Assembly: GCF_000143415.4 (NCBI RefSeq)
Contig: NW_003314289.1
Coordinates: 1,668,293-1,732,292, forward strand
DNA from: Selaginella moellendorffii
Taxonomy: Eukaryota > Plantae > Lycopodiophyta
Direction: 5' to 3'
Length of the DNA: 64,000 nucleotides
Part shown: piece by piece, positions 25,762 to 36,799 of the stretch
Position numbering within the stretch: position 1 is the stretch's first letter
Layout: every line of letters starts with the position of its first letter
Notes under the pieces: generated by a model
What the model was told of the DNA's origin: nothing
The model's input: only the letters and a program-made list of their open reading frames with translations
The model's database searches: none
Program-made: the position numbers and the translations under genes

Positions 25762-26827
25762 ATGGCGAGCGGATCCGAGACTACTCTTGCTAAGCTGCGT
25801 GATGGACGATCTCTTGCTTACATCGAGTATGGCATTGAAAGAAAACTGGCCACTCACAAAGTGATCGTCATCCATGGACTTGCGAGTTCTCGGCACCATC
25901 GTCTCCCTTGCTCAGAGGTTCTTTTCCTAAGTTTCCTATCAATCTCTCAGGGCTTTGTGTTTCTCTGTTTGTCCAGAAAGTTGTCAAGGAGCTCGGAGTT
26001 TGTTTGGTCGGATTCGACAGGGCTGGCTATGGAGAGAGTGATCCAAATCCACAGCGTTCGATCAGATCTGATGTCTCGGATATCGAAGAGCTAGCAGATC
26101 ATCTGCAGCTTGGTGACAAGTTCTACATTGTAGCCACTTCCATCGGCGGCTACTCTGCTTGGGGATGCCTCAAGTACATACCGCACAGGTTCTATCCTCT
26201 AGATTTTTCTCCGAGTCTTCTGAGAGTTTTTGTACTTTCCAGAATTGCTGGAGTCTCGATGATCGCTCCAGCAGTGAACTTCTGGTGGCCAGGCTTGCCA
26301 CAAGATCTGTCAAAGCAAGCACTTAGCTCTCGAGTGCTTTTGGATAGCTTGATCTTGAATGCAGTCCATCATACTCCATGGCTTCTCAACTGGTGGAGCT
26401 TTCCATCCGGTCCTATGCATCTCGACGAGGTAGACATCAAAATCCTCACGGAATCTCCAATCATAAAGGTGAGAACTTTTGCTACAAAACATTCCAATCC
26501 ATATGGCCATTTCGTTTTTCTTCTCAGGAGATAAGTTTGCAACCTACACAGCGATCTCATCGTCAATCTCTCAACAAAGACATGCTCCTCCAATTTGGAA
26601 AGTGGGAGTTTGATCCGCTCGAGCTCGAGGAGCCCGGAGATTTTCGCGTCTCGATCTGGCAAGGCGATCGAGACTATCCAGTCCCAGTGGAGCTGCAGCG
26701 ATTCGTCCACCAAAAGCTTCCATGGATCGACTATCACGAAATCGCGGGCGTCGGCCACTTGTTCGTGCTTGTTCCAGGCTATGGAGACGAGATCATCTCC
26801 AATCTCGTGCTCCCTCGCGAAAACTAA
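25762..26827 (+). CDS. Alpha/beta-fold hydrolase 1, multi-exon
   Basis: LRDGRSLAY.EYG, IHG..SSRH, FDRAGYGESDPNP, nucleophile ATSIGG, IWQGDRD, EIAGVGHL. Confidence 0.88.
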
Positions 26828-26911
26828 ACGATTTAAAAATTTAAATTAACTTTCGCGCTCTAGTTTGAGTGTTCTTACTATTTCTCTAGGTCTAGAGTAG
26901 AGAGCTCGGCT

Positions 26912-28210
26912 ATGGCGGCAGATCTTCTCGCTTCAGTCGGAGGTATGTGCATTTCAATCCCATCCAGGAATCGCGATCCAGTAGCTTCTCAGGTCCCTGG
27001 CCGACAGTGGTGGCGCTAGCCGCTGGAATTATCATACCCTGGATCTACTTGCTGCTCAAGCCGCCGCCGCCCAAGATCTGTGGAACGCGGCGCGGCCCTC
27101 CCATCACGGCTCCTCGAATCCGACTTCGCGATGGCCGATACATGGCTTACAAGGAGCAAGGAGTTCCAAAGGATCTGGCCAAGCACAAGGTGATCTTTGT
27201 GCATCCATTCTCGGGATCTCGGCACAGCTTGTTGCAAATCTCACAGGTACGCAAGCTACATTTTTGCTAGCGGGGAAGGCTCTTGAAATTCTTCGTGCTT
27301 CTTTGCTTTCTGGTGGCCATGAACGAACATACGCAACTATCACAGGAAGTTTTGGAGGGACTAAGTGTGTATATGGTAGCTTTCGACAGGGCTGGCTATG
27401 GCGAGAGCGATCCATTCCCAGAGAGAAGCGTCAAGAGTGAAGCTCTGGATATCCAGGAGCTCGCGGACCAGCTCCAGCTCGGGCAGAAGTTCTACGTTGT
27501 TGGGCTTTCCATGGGAGGATATCCGTGCTGGGCTTGTCTCAAGCATATACCACACAGGTAAGTAGTTCTATCGCATCGATAGAGATCGATCTAAGTTCTT
27601 CCTTGTTTGGTTTTCTAGGCTGGCTGGAGTTGCTATGATGGCTCCAGTGGTGAATTACTGGTGGCCTGGTGCTAGCAAGGAGATCTCTGGCGAGGCCTTC
27701 TCCTCGCGGCCCCTGGGTGACAAGATAACTCTCCGGATCGCTCACTACGCGCCATGGTTGATGCATACCTGGTCCAAGCAAACTTTTCTTCCATCGTTCC
27801 TGAATGGCATCGGCAAGGAGAAGTTCATGAACAAGATGGACCTGGAGATCACAGCAGCCAGGAAGAACGCTGGAATTCCTGTAAGTTATTGGGATCACTT
27901 TGATTGACTTAGAACTTACTCTCGGTTTTTCTAGCATCAAGAGACCGCGATCCAGCAGGGAACATCCGAGTCACTGCACAGAGATCTCGCCGTGGGGTTT
28001 GGAAAATGGGATTTCTTCCTCGCAAACGCCGGCGTTCCAGTTCACGTATTCCAAGGCGACGAAGACAATCTAGTTCCAGTGAGTATCCAGAGACACGTCG
28101 CGGAGAAACTTCCATGGATCAACTATCACGAGCTCCCTGGCGTTGGACACTTGCTGGATTTCGTTCCAGGATTAAACGACAAGGTTCTTACAACACTTTT
28201 AGCTTCGTGA
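26912..28210 (+). CDS. Alpha/beta-fold hydrolase 2 with N-terminal membrane anchor, multi-exon
   Basis: Hydrophobic segment, then KPPPPKICG...PPITAPRIRLRDGR, FDRAGYGESDP, GLSMGG, FQGDED, ELPGVGHL. Confidence 0.9.
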
Positions 28211-28255
28211 TCGTTTATAAGTTTCGTGTAAACAAAGACTATGAGGAACACTAGA

Positions 28256-28960
28256 CTATTCCGTCCAAGGCTTGCGCGGGGTGGAATCATCCTCCACTAA
28301 ACAAAAGCTTGGATCCACCTTTCTCATTTCTTTGAGGCCAAGCTCGTAGATCTCCCGGGAATTGGTCTTCGATTCAAGGTAGAGTTTCTCCATAGCTTCC
28401 ACCAGCGTCAACTTTTTCCTCCAGCCGTTACAGTCTTCCATACACTTGAGAATTATCCCCAAGGCACGAACAAGGTTGTTCTTCCTCCTCATCTCATACA
28501 CTTTCGCAACATCTGTGATCACCTCGTCCTCGTTGTAGATTCGCTCGTAAACTTTGAGCAAATTCCTTTCTTCTCCAATACGGGCGTTTGCCTTTGTATC
28601 ATCCACCAGGATTGCCCTCTCCATACAAAGGCCCTCCACACGACCCTCGAGAATCTTAGCTTTGGGAGGAATATCCGTCACCACCCCGAGCTTGGACAAG
28701 GCATGTCCAAATCTCTCCCTGGCAATCGAATCAAGCCTGGAAACCAGCTCCATGCTTCTCTGTACGTGGCCCAAGCTATAGAAATGGATCCAAACACTGG
28801 GCATCTTGTCCAGAGCCACTAGAAACTCGAGAGCTCCATGAGCAAACTGGTAAGAAAGCTCCCCCATTACAAATGGCCCTCTTGGATAGAGTAGTGTTTC
28901 GTCGATGTCGACGAACACATCCACCCTCTTGGGTCGCCAAATCTTCCAGAGTATATCCAT
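28256..28960 (-). CDS. Intronless HAD-superfamily phosphatase, FCP1/NIF-like
   Basis: Motif I FVDIDETL, motif II FYS, motif IV ILVDD; first ATG at 28960 (ORF track starts at TTG 28972). Confidence 0.7.
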   Translation of the reverse strand: MDILWKIWRPKRVDVFVDIDETLLYPRGPFVMGELSYQFAHGALEFLVALDKMPSVWIHFYSLGHVQRSMELVSRLDSIARERFGHALSKLGVVTDIPPKAKILEGRVEGLCMERAILVDDTKANARIGEERNLLKVYERIYNEDEVITDVAKVYEMRRKNNLVRALGIILKCMEDCNGWRKKLTLVEAMEKLYLESKTNSREIYELGLKEMRKVDPSFCLVEDDSTPRKPWTE

Positions 28961-29069
28961 GTCAACCCGCAAAGCCCTAACCCTAATTTTATAGCGTAGC
29001 GAAACCTAAATATAATTAAAGGTAAAATTAAAAGGTAACCCACTCCACCTCATCATCCAGATCATCATG

Positions 29070-29103
29070 TCTATCTCTCTCTCTCTCTCTCTCTGTGTCT
29101 CTG
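29070..29103. repeat. (CT)n microsatellite
   Basis: ctctctctct run seen directly. Confidence 0.9.
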
Positions 29104-29137
29104 CCTCATGACAAGTGGATGATCGTACCTCCGTTCC

Positions 29138-31876
29138 TTGATTCTGGCATCTCGCATTTTTTGGAATGATCTTCGCCTCTCGGGATCGCGGGATCCATAC
29201 CACAGTTGCGTCCAGCTACTGCGGGAGAGCAGCAGCGCCAGAGCTTTGCTCGCCGGGAAGCGTGTGCACGAATTCATCCAGGAAAGAAGATGGAGCCACG
29301 ATCGATTGCTGGGGAATCTCCTTGTCCAGATGTATGGAGCTTGCGGCTGCGTGGAGGAGGCCAAGGCTGTGTTCGAGGGGATTCACGGGAGGAACGTTTT
29401 CTCGTGGAATCTCATGCTTCTGGCATATACCCAGAATGGGTATTTTCTGGGTGTAAGAAAAGCATTCGACCAGATGCCCAGCTGGGACGTTGTCTCTTGG
29501 AGCACTTTGGTGACGTTTTTCTGCCAAACAGGTGACATTCATTCAGCAAAGAATGCATTCGATTGCACACCTCAGAAAGAACTTTTGTCGTGGAACACTT
29601 TACTTGCAGCAAATGCCCGAAATGGGCAAATACAAGACGTGCAAGAGATCTTTGTTCGAATGCCCGCACACAGCCTAGCTTCGTGGAACTCAATAATCAC
29701 TCTTGTCTCGGACAGCGCGAACGCTAAATATGCAAGCTATATATTTGCGGCAATGCCCAGTCGAGACGAAATTTCCTGGAATTCTATGCTTTCTGTATAT
29801 ACCCAAGCCGGGCATATAGACTCGGCAAAAGAGCTCTTTGATTTTTTCCCTGCATGGAACTTGAGGGCTTGGAACGCGATGATCACAGCTTACGCTCAGA
29901 TTCCTGCTTGCTCCCATGATTCGAGATTGATCTTTGAGAGCAGTCCGCAGCGAGACTCCGTGTCGTGGAACGGATTGATCCGAGCTCTTGCATACGATCA
30001 CGTTGCTCGGCAGGCCGTGTTTGATGCAATGCCACAGCGAGACGTTGTTTCGTGGACCTCCATGGTCCAGGCGAGCTTGGATCAAGGCTTGTTTGATCCT
30101 GCTAGAGAGCTCTTTGATGCTATGCCTTCCAAGAATGTTGTGACTTGGACGATGGTAGTCACTGCGTTTGCGGAGGAGCTTCTGGATCGAGCGGAGTGGA
30201 TCTTCTACCGGATGCCGCAGCACAACTTAGTGACTTGGAATGTGATGCTCGCGGGTTTCGCACAGAACGGGAAAGTTGACAATGCCAAACTCATGTTTGA
30301 GAGTCTTCCAGCGAGAGATACTGTTTCGTGGAACACGATGATGAGCTCGTACAATGCCACTGGTGGGTTTCTGGAGGAATCGAGGGACTTGTTTTTCCGG
30401 ATTCCTCGCAGGGACGTCGTTTCCTGGAACTTGATCCTTGTCGCTCTCGTCCTAAATGATGATCTTCCTGGTTCAAGAACGGTGTTTGATTTGATGCCTC
30501 GAAGAGATGTCGTGAGCTGGAAGATCTTGATCCAGGCTTATGCTCAAGAGGGCGATATGGATCGAGCGAGAAGCTTGTTGGAGAGCGGGATTTATGCTCT
30601 TGGTTCATCCAGTGGACTGACTTGGTCTATCTTGCTTCGAGGATACAGCTCCAATGGCTTGAGTATTGAAGCATTCGAGCTCTTGAAGAGGATGGACTTG
30701 GAAGGTGTCAAGCTCGTTAGCAGTTCTTACACTGCTCTTCTTGACGCTTGCTCGGGCCCTGTGTTCTTGGAACTCGGCAAAAAAACTCACGCTAGAGTTT
30801 TGTTCTCGGGACTTGACAAAGATCTCTGCGTGGTGAGCTCGCTCATTGTGATGTACGGGAAGTGTGGAAGCTTGCATGACGCGATGACGACGTACAGCCG
30901 GCTTGATCGACCAGACGTGGTTTGCTCCAACTCGATGATCACAGCTTACATCCACAGTAATCGCATGGCAGAAGCTCGGGGCATCGTCGAGAGTATGGTT
31001 GATCCGAGCGTGGAGAGCTGGAACATACTCCTCCACGGCTATGGCCAGAACGGAAATCTCGAAGAGGCAAAGCTTTTGTTTGACAAGCTTCCCGAGCGTG
31101 ATGCTATGTCGTGGAGCTCGATCTTGTGTGCGTACGTAGCAGCCGGTCTTGGAGCCGAGGCTTTGATGATCTTCCGAGAGATGGACTTGGAAGGCTTCAG
31201 GCCTGGCACGAAATCCTTGGTCGCTGTTCTAGAGGCCTGTGGCTCTCTCCTGGGTGATCTTGCTCACTGCAAGATCGTCCACTCGAGCATAGCCGAGGCT
31301 GGATTGGATCGGCTCAAGGGCGTGGAGACCTCGATCATCAGCATGTACTCGAGGTGTGGAAGCCTACGAGTTGCGAGAGAGATCTTTGACAAGCGCCCTC
31401 AAGAGCTTCGAGCTCGCTGGAGCTCGATGATCGCCGGCTACGCTCAAAACGGCCATGCGCGCGAAGCTCTCGATCTATTCAAGCAAATGCTGCTCGACGG
31501 AGTGGAGCCAAACTCGATCACGCTCGTCTCGATCATCTCCGCGTGTAGCCACACCGGAGCCCTGGGAGATGGTCTCCGCTGCTTCGGAAGCTTGAGGCAA
31601 GACTTCAACATCGTTGCCTCGGATGATATCTACAAGTGCGTGGTGGACGTTCTGGGACGAGCCGGGATGCTGAGCGAGGCCGAGGAGTTCATCTCTGCGA
31701 TGATGCCATTCGAAGCCGATAGCTGCACTTGGATGAGCTTGCTGGGGAGCTGTAGAAGCCATGGCGATGTCAGGAGAGGCCAAAAGATCGCGGCTATGGA
31801 GTTTGAAGCTTGGTCGCCAACTTCTTCCACCTTTGTGCTTCTTTCCAACTTGTGCGTCGCTGGGAAAAGTTTATAG
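29138..31876 (+). CDS. PLS-class pentatricopeptide repeat protein with E-like C-terminus (candidate organellar RNA editing factor)
   Basis: Tandem 31-35 aa repeats (MP.RDVVSWN), MYGKCG motifs, terminal VDVLGRAG.L.EAE...W.SLLGSCRSHGD; no DYW domain; first in-frame ATG about 29330. Confidence 0.92.
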   Translation: MILASRIFWNDLRLSGSRDPYHSCVQLLRESSSARALLAGKRVHEFIQERRWSHDRLLGNLLVQMYGACGCVEEAKAVFEGIHGRNVFSWNLMLLAYTQNGYFLGVRKAFDQMPSWDVVSWSTLVTFFCQTGDIHSAKNAFDCTPQKELLSWNTLLAANARNGQIQDVQEIFVRMPAHSLASWNSIITLVSDSANAKYASYIFAAMPSRDEISWNSMLSVYTQAGHIDSAKELFDFFPAWNLRAWNAMITAYAQIPACSHDSRLIFESSPQRDSVSWNGLIRALAYDHVARQAVFDAMPQRDVVSWTSMVQASLDQGLFDPARELFDAMPSKNVVTWTMVVTAFAEELLDRAEWIFYRMPQHNLVTWNVMLAGFAQNGKVDNAKLMFESLPARDTVSWNTMMSSYNATGGFLEESRDLFFRIPRRDVVSWNLILVALVLNDDLPGSRTVFDLMPRRDVVSWKILIQAYAQEGDMDRARSLLESGIYALGSSSGLTWSILLRGYSSNGLSIEAFELLKRMDLEGVKLVSSSYTALLDACSGPVFLELGKKTHARVLFSGLDKDLCVVSSLIVMYGKCGSLHDAMTTYSRLDRPDVVCSNSMITAYIHSNRMAEARGIVESMVDPSVESWNILLHGYGQNGNLEEAKLLFDKLPERDAMSWSSILCAYVAAGLGAEALMIFREMDLEGFRPGTKSLVAVLEACGSLLGDLAHCKIVHSSIAEAGLDRLKGVETSIISMYSRCGSLRVAREIFDKRPQELRARWSSMIAGYAQNGHAREALDLFKQMLLDGVEPNSITLVSIISACSHTGALGDGLRCFGSLRQDFNIVASDDIYKCVVDVLGRAGMLSEAEEFISAMMPFEADSCTWMSLLGSCRSHGDVRRGQKIAAMEFEAWSPTSSTFVLLSNLCVAGKSL

Positions 31877-32700
31877 TTTGCTGGAGTTTCCAATTGGAAA
31901 GGTAGAACCACTGACATCTATTATGACGGAAATAACGCTCCATGAAGAACGTTCTAAAAATCTCCACCACTTGGTTTGGTGAAGACCACGGGAGAGAGAG
32001 CTATTATGTTGTCGATTTAGCTGGATACCAAAAGCAATAGCAAGCCTCACCATTTTATTTGAAAATGAGAAGAGAAAACTTGTTGATCTCAGCTACAAGC
32101 TTTTTACTGACTAGCAAAGAGTCATCAACATATAGACATAGAATCATCTCCCACTTTCTCATAAACTTTATTCAAGCTTGTTTTAATCCATTCTTCCAGG
32201 CTCCTTGCCTAAAACTTGATAGCCCTTAGACTCTATCTAGAGTTTTTCCTCAAGATCTACAGCTGTTTTATATATTGCTCCACTTGGTTGAATAAATTCA
32301 TATTTCACCTCGTCCTCATTGTCATAAACTTTGAAAAGATTCCTCTCTTCTCCCACAAAATTTCATCCACTAGGGTTACGAGTCACCAATGTAAGAAAGT
32401 TCAAAAGATGTGTTAACCTAATCCTAGCAAAGCCAAACCTATATTAAAAGGTGACGATATTTGTGTGAAGCTTCAAACAATGACACGCGGTAAATTCTCA
32501 TTCACTCTTTTAATTTTATCTTTGACCCCGTCCTTTTTCTTTTGAGAGGCAGGCTTTCGCGAGCTCAGTCACGGATCCCTTGGCGACGATTCAGCTGGGC
32601 CGAAAAGCTTCTCTAGTCCCGGGCAAGCACAGCGCGATAGGTGTGCTCGATCAATCGCTCGCTCCATCGCTCAATCGCGCGCTCTCCGTGCGATTGATTG

Positions 32701-34460
32701 ATGGGTTCTTCTTGCGATGGCGGAGGCGGAGGAGGAGGAGAAGTGAGCTGCTGTAGATCGCCCAAATCGCCCGGCTTGTTCCTCGTGACAGGGATCAAAT
32801 CCAAGCAGATGCTCGTCTCGCTGCTCGCGATCGTTTGTGGCCTCCTGCTGCTGCTCAAGAACCCATCCTTGCTCGAATCCGAGCGCTGGCGACCGGGTAA
32901 GCGCGTAGCTTTTTACCATGCTTCACATTGCCATCCCTGGATCGATCGAGAGCCTTTTTGCTCTCGATCTTCCTTCCAGCGATGGTCCAACTCACCGATC
33001 TTGTGGGCTTGTTTGTTTTGCTGGAGCAGTCATTTTCCAACAGGACCATCACCTGGACCTCGGCAGTGGTACGTACGTTCATGTTCTTCGTTGTCTTCTC
33101 TTTAAAACCCTTTTTCTTCTTGTCCTTCTTCCTCTCCCTCTTTGTATTTTAATGGCGCAGCTTTAAAGAATGACCGAGCCGTTCCCATCGCGGCTTCACA
33201 CAGCTCACACTCCACGAACTTTGGAATCTCCCCATCTATCGACGATGACACCACCAACACAAGTAAGCTCTCAAAGTTATAGAAACTATAAGCGATAACT
33301 TTGATCTCGCAGATGGCAGTGGTGATCGCTGCGATTTCTCGCGTGGGCGATGGGTTTTCGACGAGACAAAGCCGCGCTACACTGGCCACCACTGCCGGGC
33401 ATGGCTTTCCAAGCCATGGATGTGTAGATTGGATCGACATCACAACTTAAGTTACGAGAGCTACCGCTGGCAGCCGCGCGGATGTGACTTGCCAGGCTTT
33501 GATTCCACACAGCTCCTCCACAGGTCAGTACACAATCATTTCCTCCACTTCGCTCGCCCACGGGTACCGCGCGGTACCGCACGCTAGTGCGCATCACATT
33601 TTACCGTGCTGTACCGCGCGGTGTGCCGTGCTAACGGGGCCGTGTCTAGATTGAGGAACAAGACGATAGCGTTCGTGGGCGATTCGCTGGGGCGGCAGCA
33701 GTACCAGTCGATGATTTGTATGCTGGTGGGCGACGCTTCCATGCCCAAGATCACGGACGTTTCGATCGAGTATGGGCTGGTGGCCAAGGGCGAGGGCGCG
33801 CAACGATTCGCCGCCACCAACACGACGGTCCTCTTCCACTGGTCGGCGTCGCTGGGCGATCCGCAGCCCCTCGAGGCCGGGCTATGGGCGCTCCACCTCG
33901 ATCGAGCGCCGGGGTTTCTCGCCAGGAACGCGCAGAGATTGGATGTGGTGATCGTCAACACTGGTCACCACTGGAACCGGGGAAAGATCCGCGCGAACAA
34001 CTGGGTCCTCCATGTCAATGGCAAGGTCGCGAATTTGCGAGTGGATGCCGCGAGGAGGATCGCGCTGACGAGCGCGGCGCGGTGGCTGGGCGTGCAGCGG
34101 GAGAGGATCCGGGGATTCGTGAGGAGCTTGTCGCCCAGGCACTTCCGGGGCGGGGACTGGAACTCTGGCGGGCGATGTGATGGGATTCGAGAGATCGAGG
34201 AGGAGGAAGAGCTTGGCGGGGATTTGATCGCCCAGGAGGCCGTGAGGAGCACGAATGGAGCAGTGACGCTGCTGGAGATTAGCAATCTCTCCAGGACGAG
34301 GGGCGAGGCTCACATCTCCTCGGCATTCGTTGGATCGTCCTCTTCTTCGTCTTCATCCTCTCCCAGGCAGCAGGATTGCTTGCACTGGTGCTTGCCCGGC
34401 GTCCCCGATACTTGGAACGAGCTCTTGTTCGCCCATCTCATCGATGATCGTGCCTCTTGA
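32701..34460 (+). CDS. Trichome birefringence-like (TBL) polysaccharide O-acetyltransferase, multi-exon
   Basis: N-terminal TM helix; CDFSRGRWV...YESYRWQPRGC domain; FVGDSLGRQQYQS (GDS motif); QDCLHWCLPGVPDTWNELL (DxxH motif). Confidence 0.92.
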
Positions 34461-34950
34461 TTCTTTTCACGCTGGGATATCGCAGTTTTCCTCGCAGATG
34501 GAATGATCTGTGCCTCTTGAGCTCGCGGATCCGTGGGGAATCTCTTTTTCCGGATGGGTGTATGGATCTTGCGGCTGCGTGGAAGAGGCCGAGGCCTTTT
34601 CTCGTGCCTTTAGAGCGATCACGTTGCCCGCGTTTGATGCGCTCACGGATTGTTTTTGGAATGCCCAGGAAAAATCAAATGCAACTAACATTGCCCAGTG
34701 GAGACGATATTTCTTGGAATTCTGTAGTTGCTGCAACCGGGTATATGGACCCGGCAAAATCACTCTTTGATTTCTTTGGGAGTTGAGGGCTTGACGATCA
34801 CACCAAGCTCCTCTCATCTCATCGTATTTGCCGCAATCGAAAGCACACACGAAGAAGATTTGTCTTGTGATTTACGTTCCTGAGAACATTCTCTCAGGAA
34901 AGAGGGCATATGCCAAAAGCATGAGAAAATGCCTGGGCCCTTTGGTTCCA
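34455..34950 (+). pseudogene. Deleted and scrambled copy of the 5' part of the PPR gene at 29138
   Basis: tggaatgatct, ggggaatctc, tgtatggatcttgcggctgcgtggaagaggcc match 29160-29365; a further PPR scrap lies near 36160. Confidence 0.75.
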
Positions 34951-35129
34951 TCTGGGGCTCTGGATTGAGAATCAGTGAGAGAACGTGCAATTCTGTAGCT
35001 CCGTACTTTTGTTCCATCCCTTGGCTCAAAATGCTTTTGTTTTTTGCGAAGTGGTGAATCAGGATCCAGCTGAAATTTGGGACGCTCAGATGTGTCGGGT
35101 GACGCACAAGTAAAACCAAACTGGCATAT

Positions 35130-36000
35130 CAACCATGCGAGCTTTTCGATCAACCTGGACTGCAAAATGGACTGCAGAAGCGCCCACAGCAACTCAACGC
35201 CGTTGAGCAAAACTGTTTGGACAAGAACACCATCGTCAATTGCCTTGAGCACTGTGTCCATGTTGAGAACTGGAGTTATGCCATTAGGCCTTGTGCCCTC
35301 GTGTCAAAGAGTATATGTCGAGCACAAGCTCTCTCAGCACTTCTTCATGCTCGTGTATGCACAGAGAACCCTCTGCCTTAGAGAAAACTACGTCCCAGTC
35401 AGAACCATACTTCGAGAGCATCGACCTCCTGTTTTCTTTGCTTACGTCCCACTTAAGAGGTGCTTAGGACCTATAAGCCTCGCCAACGGTGGTAGACCGC
35501 ACAGACAGAAGATCCACAGCCAAGAGTCCCTTGCATTGGCGCCGCAGATCAAATCCGATACAGTTGCTGCACCGAAAGCCACAGCCTGGATGCATCGTCC
35601 ACTAACCATATCACCCGTTTCCCTGCGTGAAGCAATACGTCTGCCACTCTATTCCACCCGGATGATGGTGCCTTGAGCTCGCCATCACTTCCCTTCACCA
35701 ATTCATCCAGTAACAGAGCGAAAAACTCCCGTGCCGTTTCTAGCTCCATCTTGTTTGCGTACTTGACGTGCATATTCTCAAGATTACCAGGTAACCCCTC
35801 GTCAGCTCCTGACGAAGTGCTTTGAGCAAAGTCGTCTTTCCGGATTGCCAAGCTCCTGTCAGCGTAAATTGTTGACAAGATCATCCAGATGAGGCCACGG
35901 AACGTAGTAATGTGCCGATAGATACAATGCACTTCCAGAAAAGAAATCCTGTCTTTGCGTTCGCGAGCTTCTCCCCCATACGATTTAGCCAAACACTTGG
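35130..36000 (-). pseudogene. Decayed gene of unknown (possibly P-loop NTPase) family, related to 48480-49080
   Basis: Shared peptide MDTVLKAI.DG.LVQ...LLQSILQSRLIE.L with 48477-48830; KRVIWLVDD Walker B-like segment. Confidence 0.45.
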
Positions 36001-36799
36001 GAACCTTTTTATTTTACTAATGTTTTTCTTTCACCGCCTTCGATATCGCAGCTATTGGTTCCGGGAAGCGCGCAGCTTTGCTATGATCTAGTGGCTGCTT
36101 GGGAGGAGCATTGCCTTGACCACGGACGAGCTGGTTTCTTTTGATATTAAAAGAGGTTTTCTCGTGGAACACTTTACTTGCAACGGTGGGCAAGTTTATC
36201 ACTGGCAACGATGGTAAAATCTTGCCTCAAGCTCCCAAAGTAGTGCAGCCCATCGGCTAGGAGACATGAACGAGCCAAGCGTGATCAAGTTACCTTTGCG
36301 ATGCAATTCTGGCCGATAGTGTCAGGCAAACTCGAAAACATAATAGCAGCTGATGGGTCGCTTGTATTCATGCTGCATAAGCTCCTCAAACCACTGGTGT
36401 GCTTCCACAAAATGAAGCAGCCCAATGTAATTTGCTTCAACTGTAAAAGCCAAAACTCACATTATTCATTTAGATTAATCTCATATTTATACTTAATAAA
36501 TATGTTATAATTTCTAAACTTTTTAAGCACCTCTTAATATATTCTAGTTTATTCTAGATTGGATTTGTGGCCATAAATAATCATAATCATATAAACTAAG
36601 TTTCCATACTGTTATTTCTTTGATCTAATGTATCAAAATAGTTTTTATGGAAATTAAATCAATTAAAAAAATAAATTTAGGTTTGAAAAAAATAAAAATT
36701 TGTATATATTATGCATGCTAGTGTAATCTTGTAAAAGTGAGAATTAAAAAACATCTATAAAATCATCACATCATTTAATAGATGATCTTTAATGCAAAA

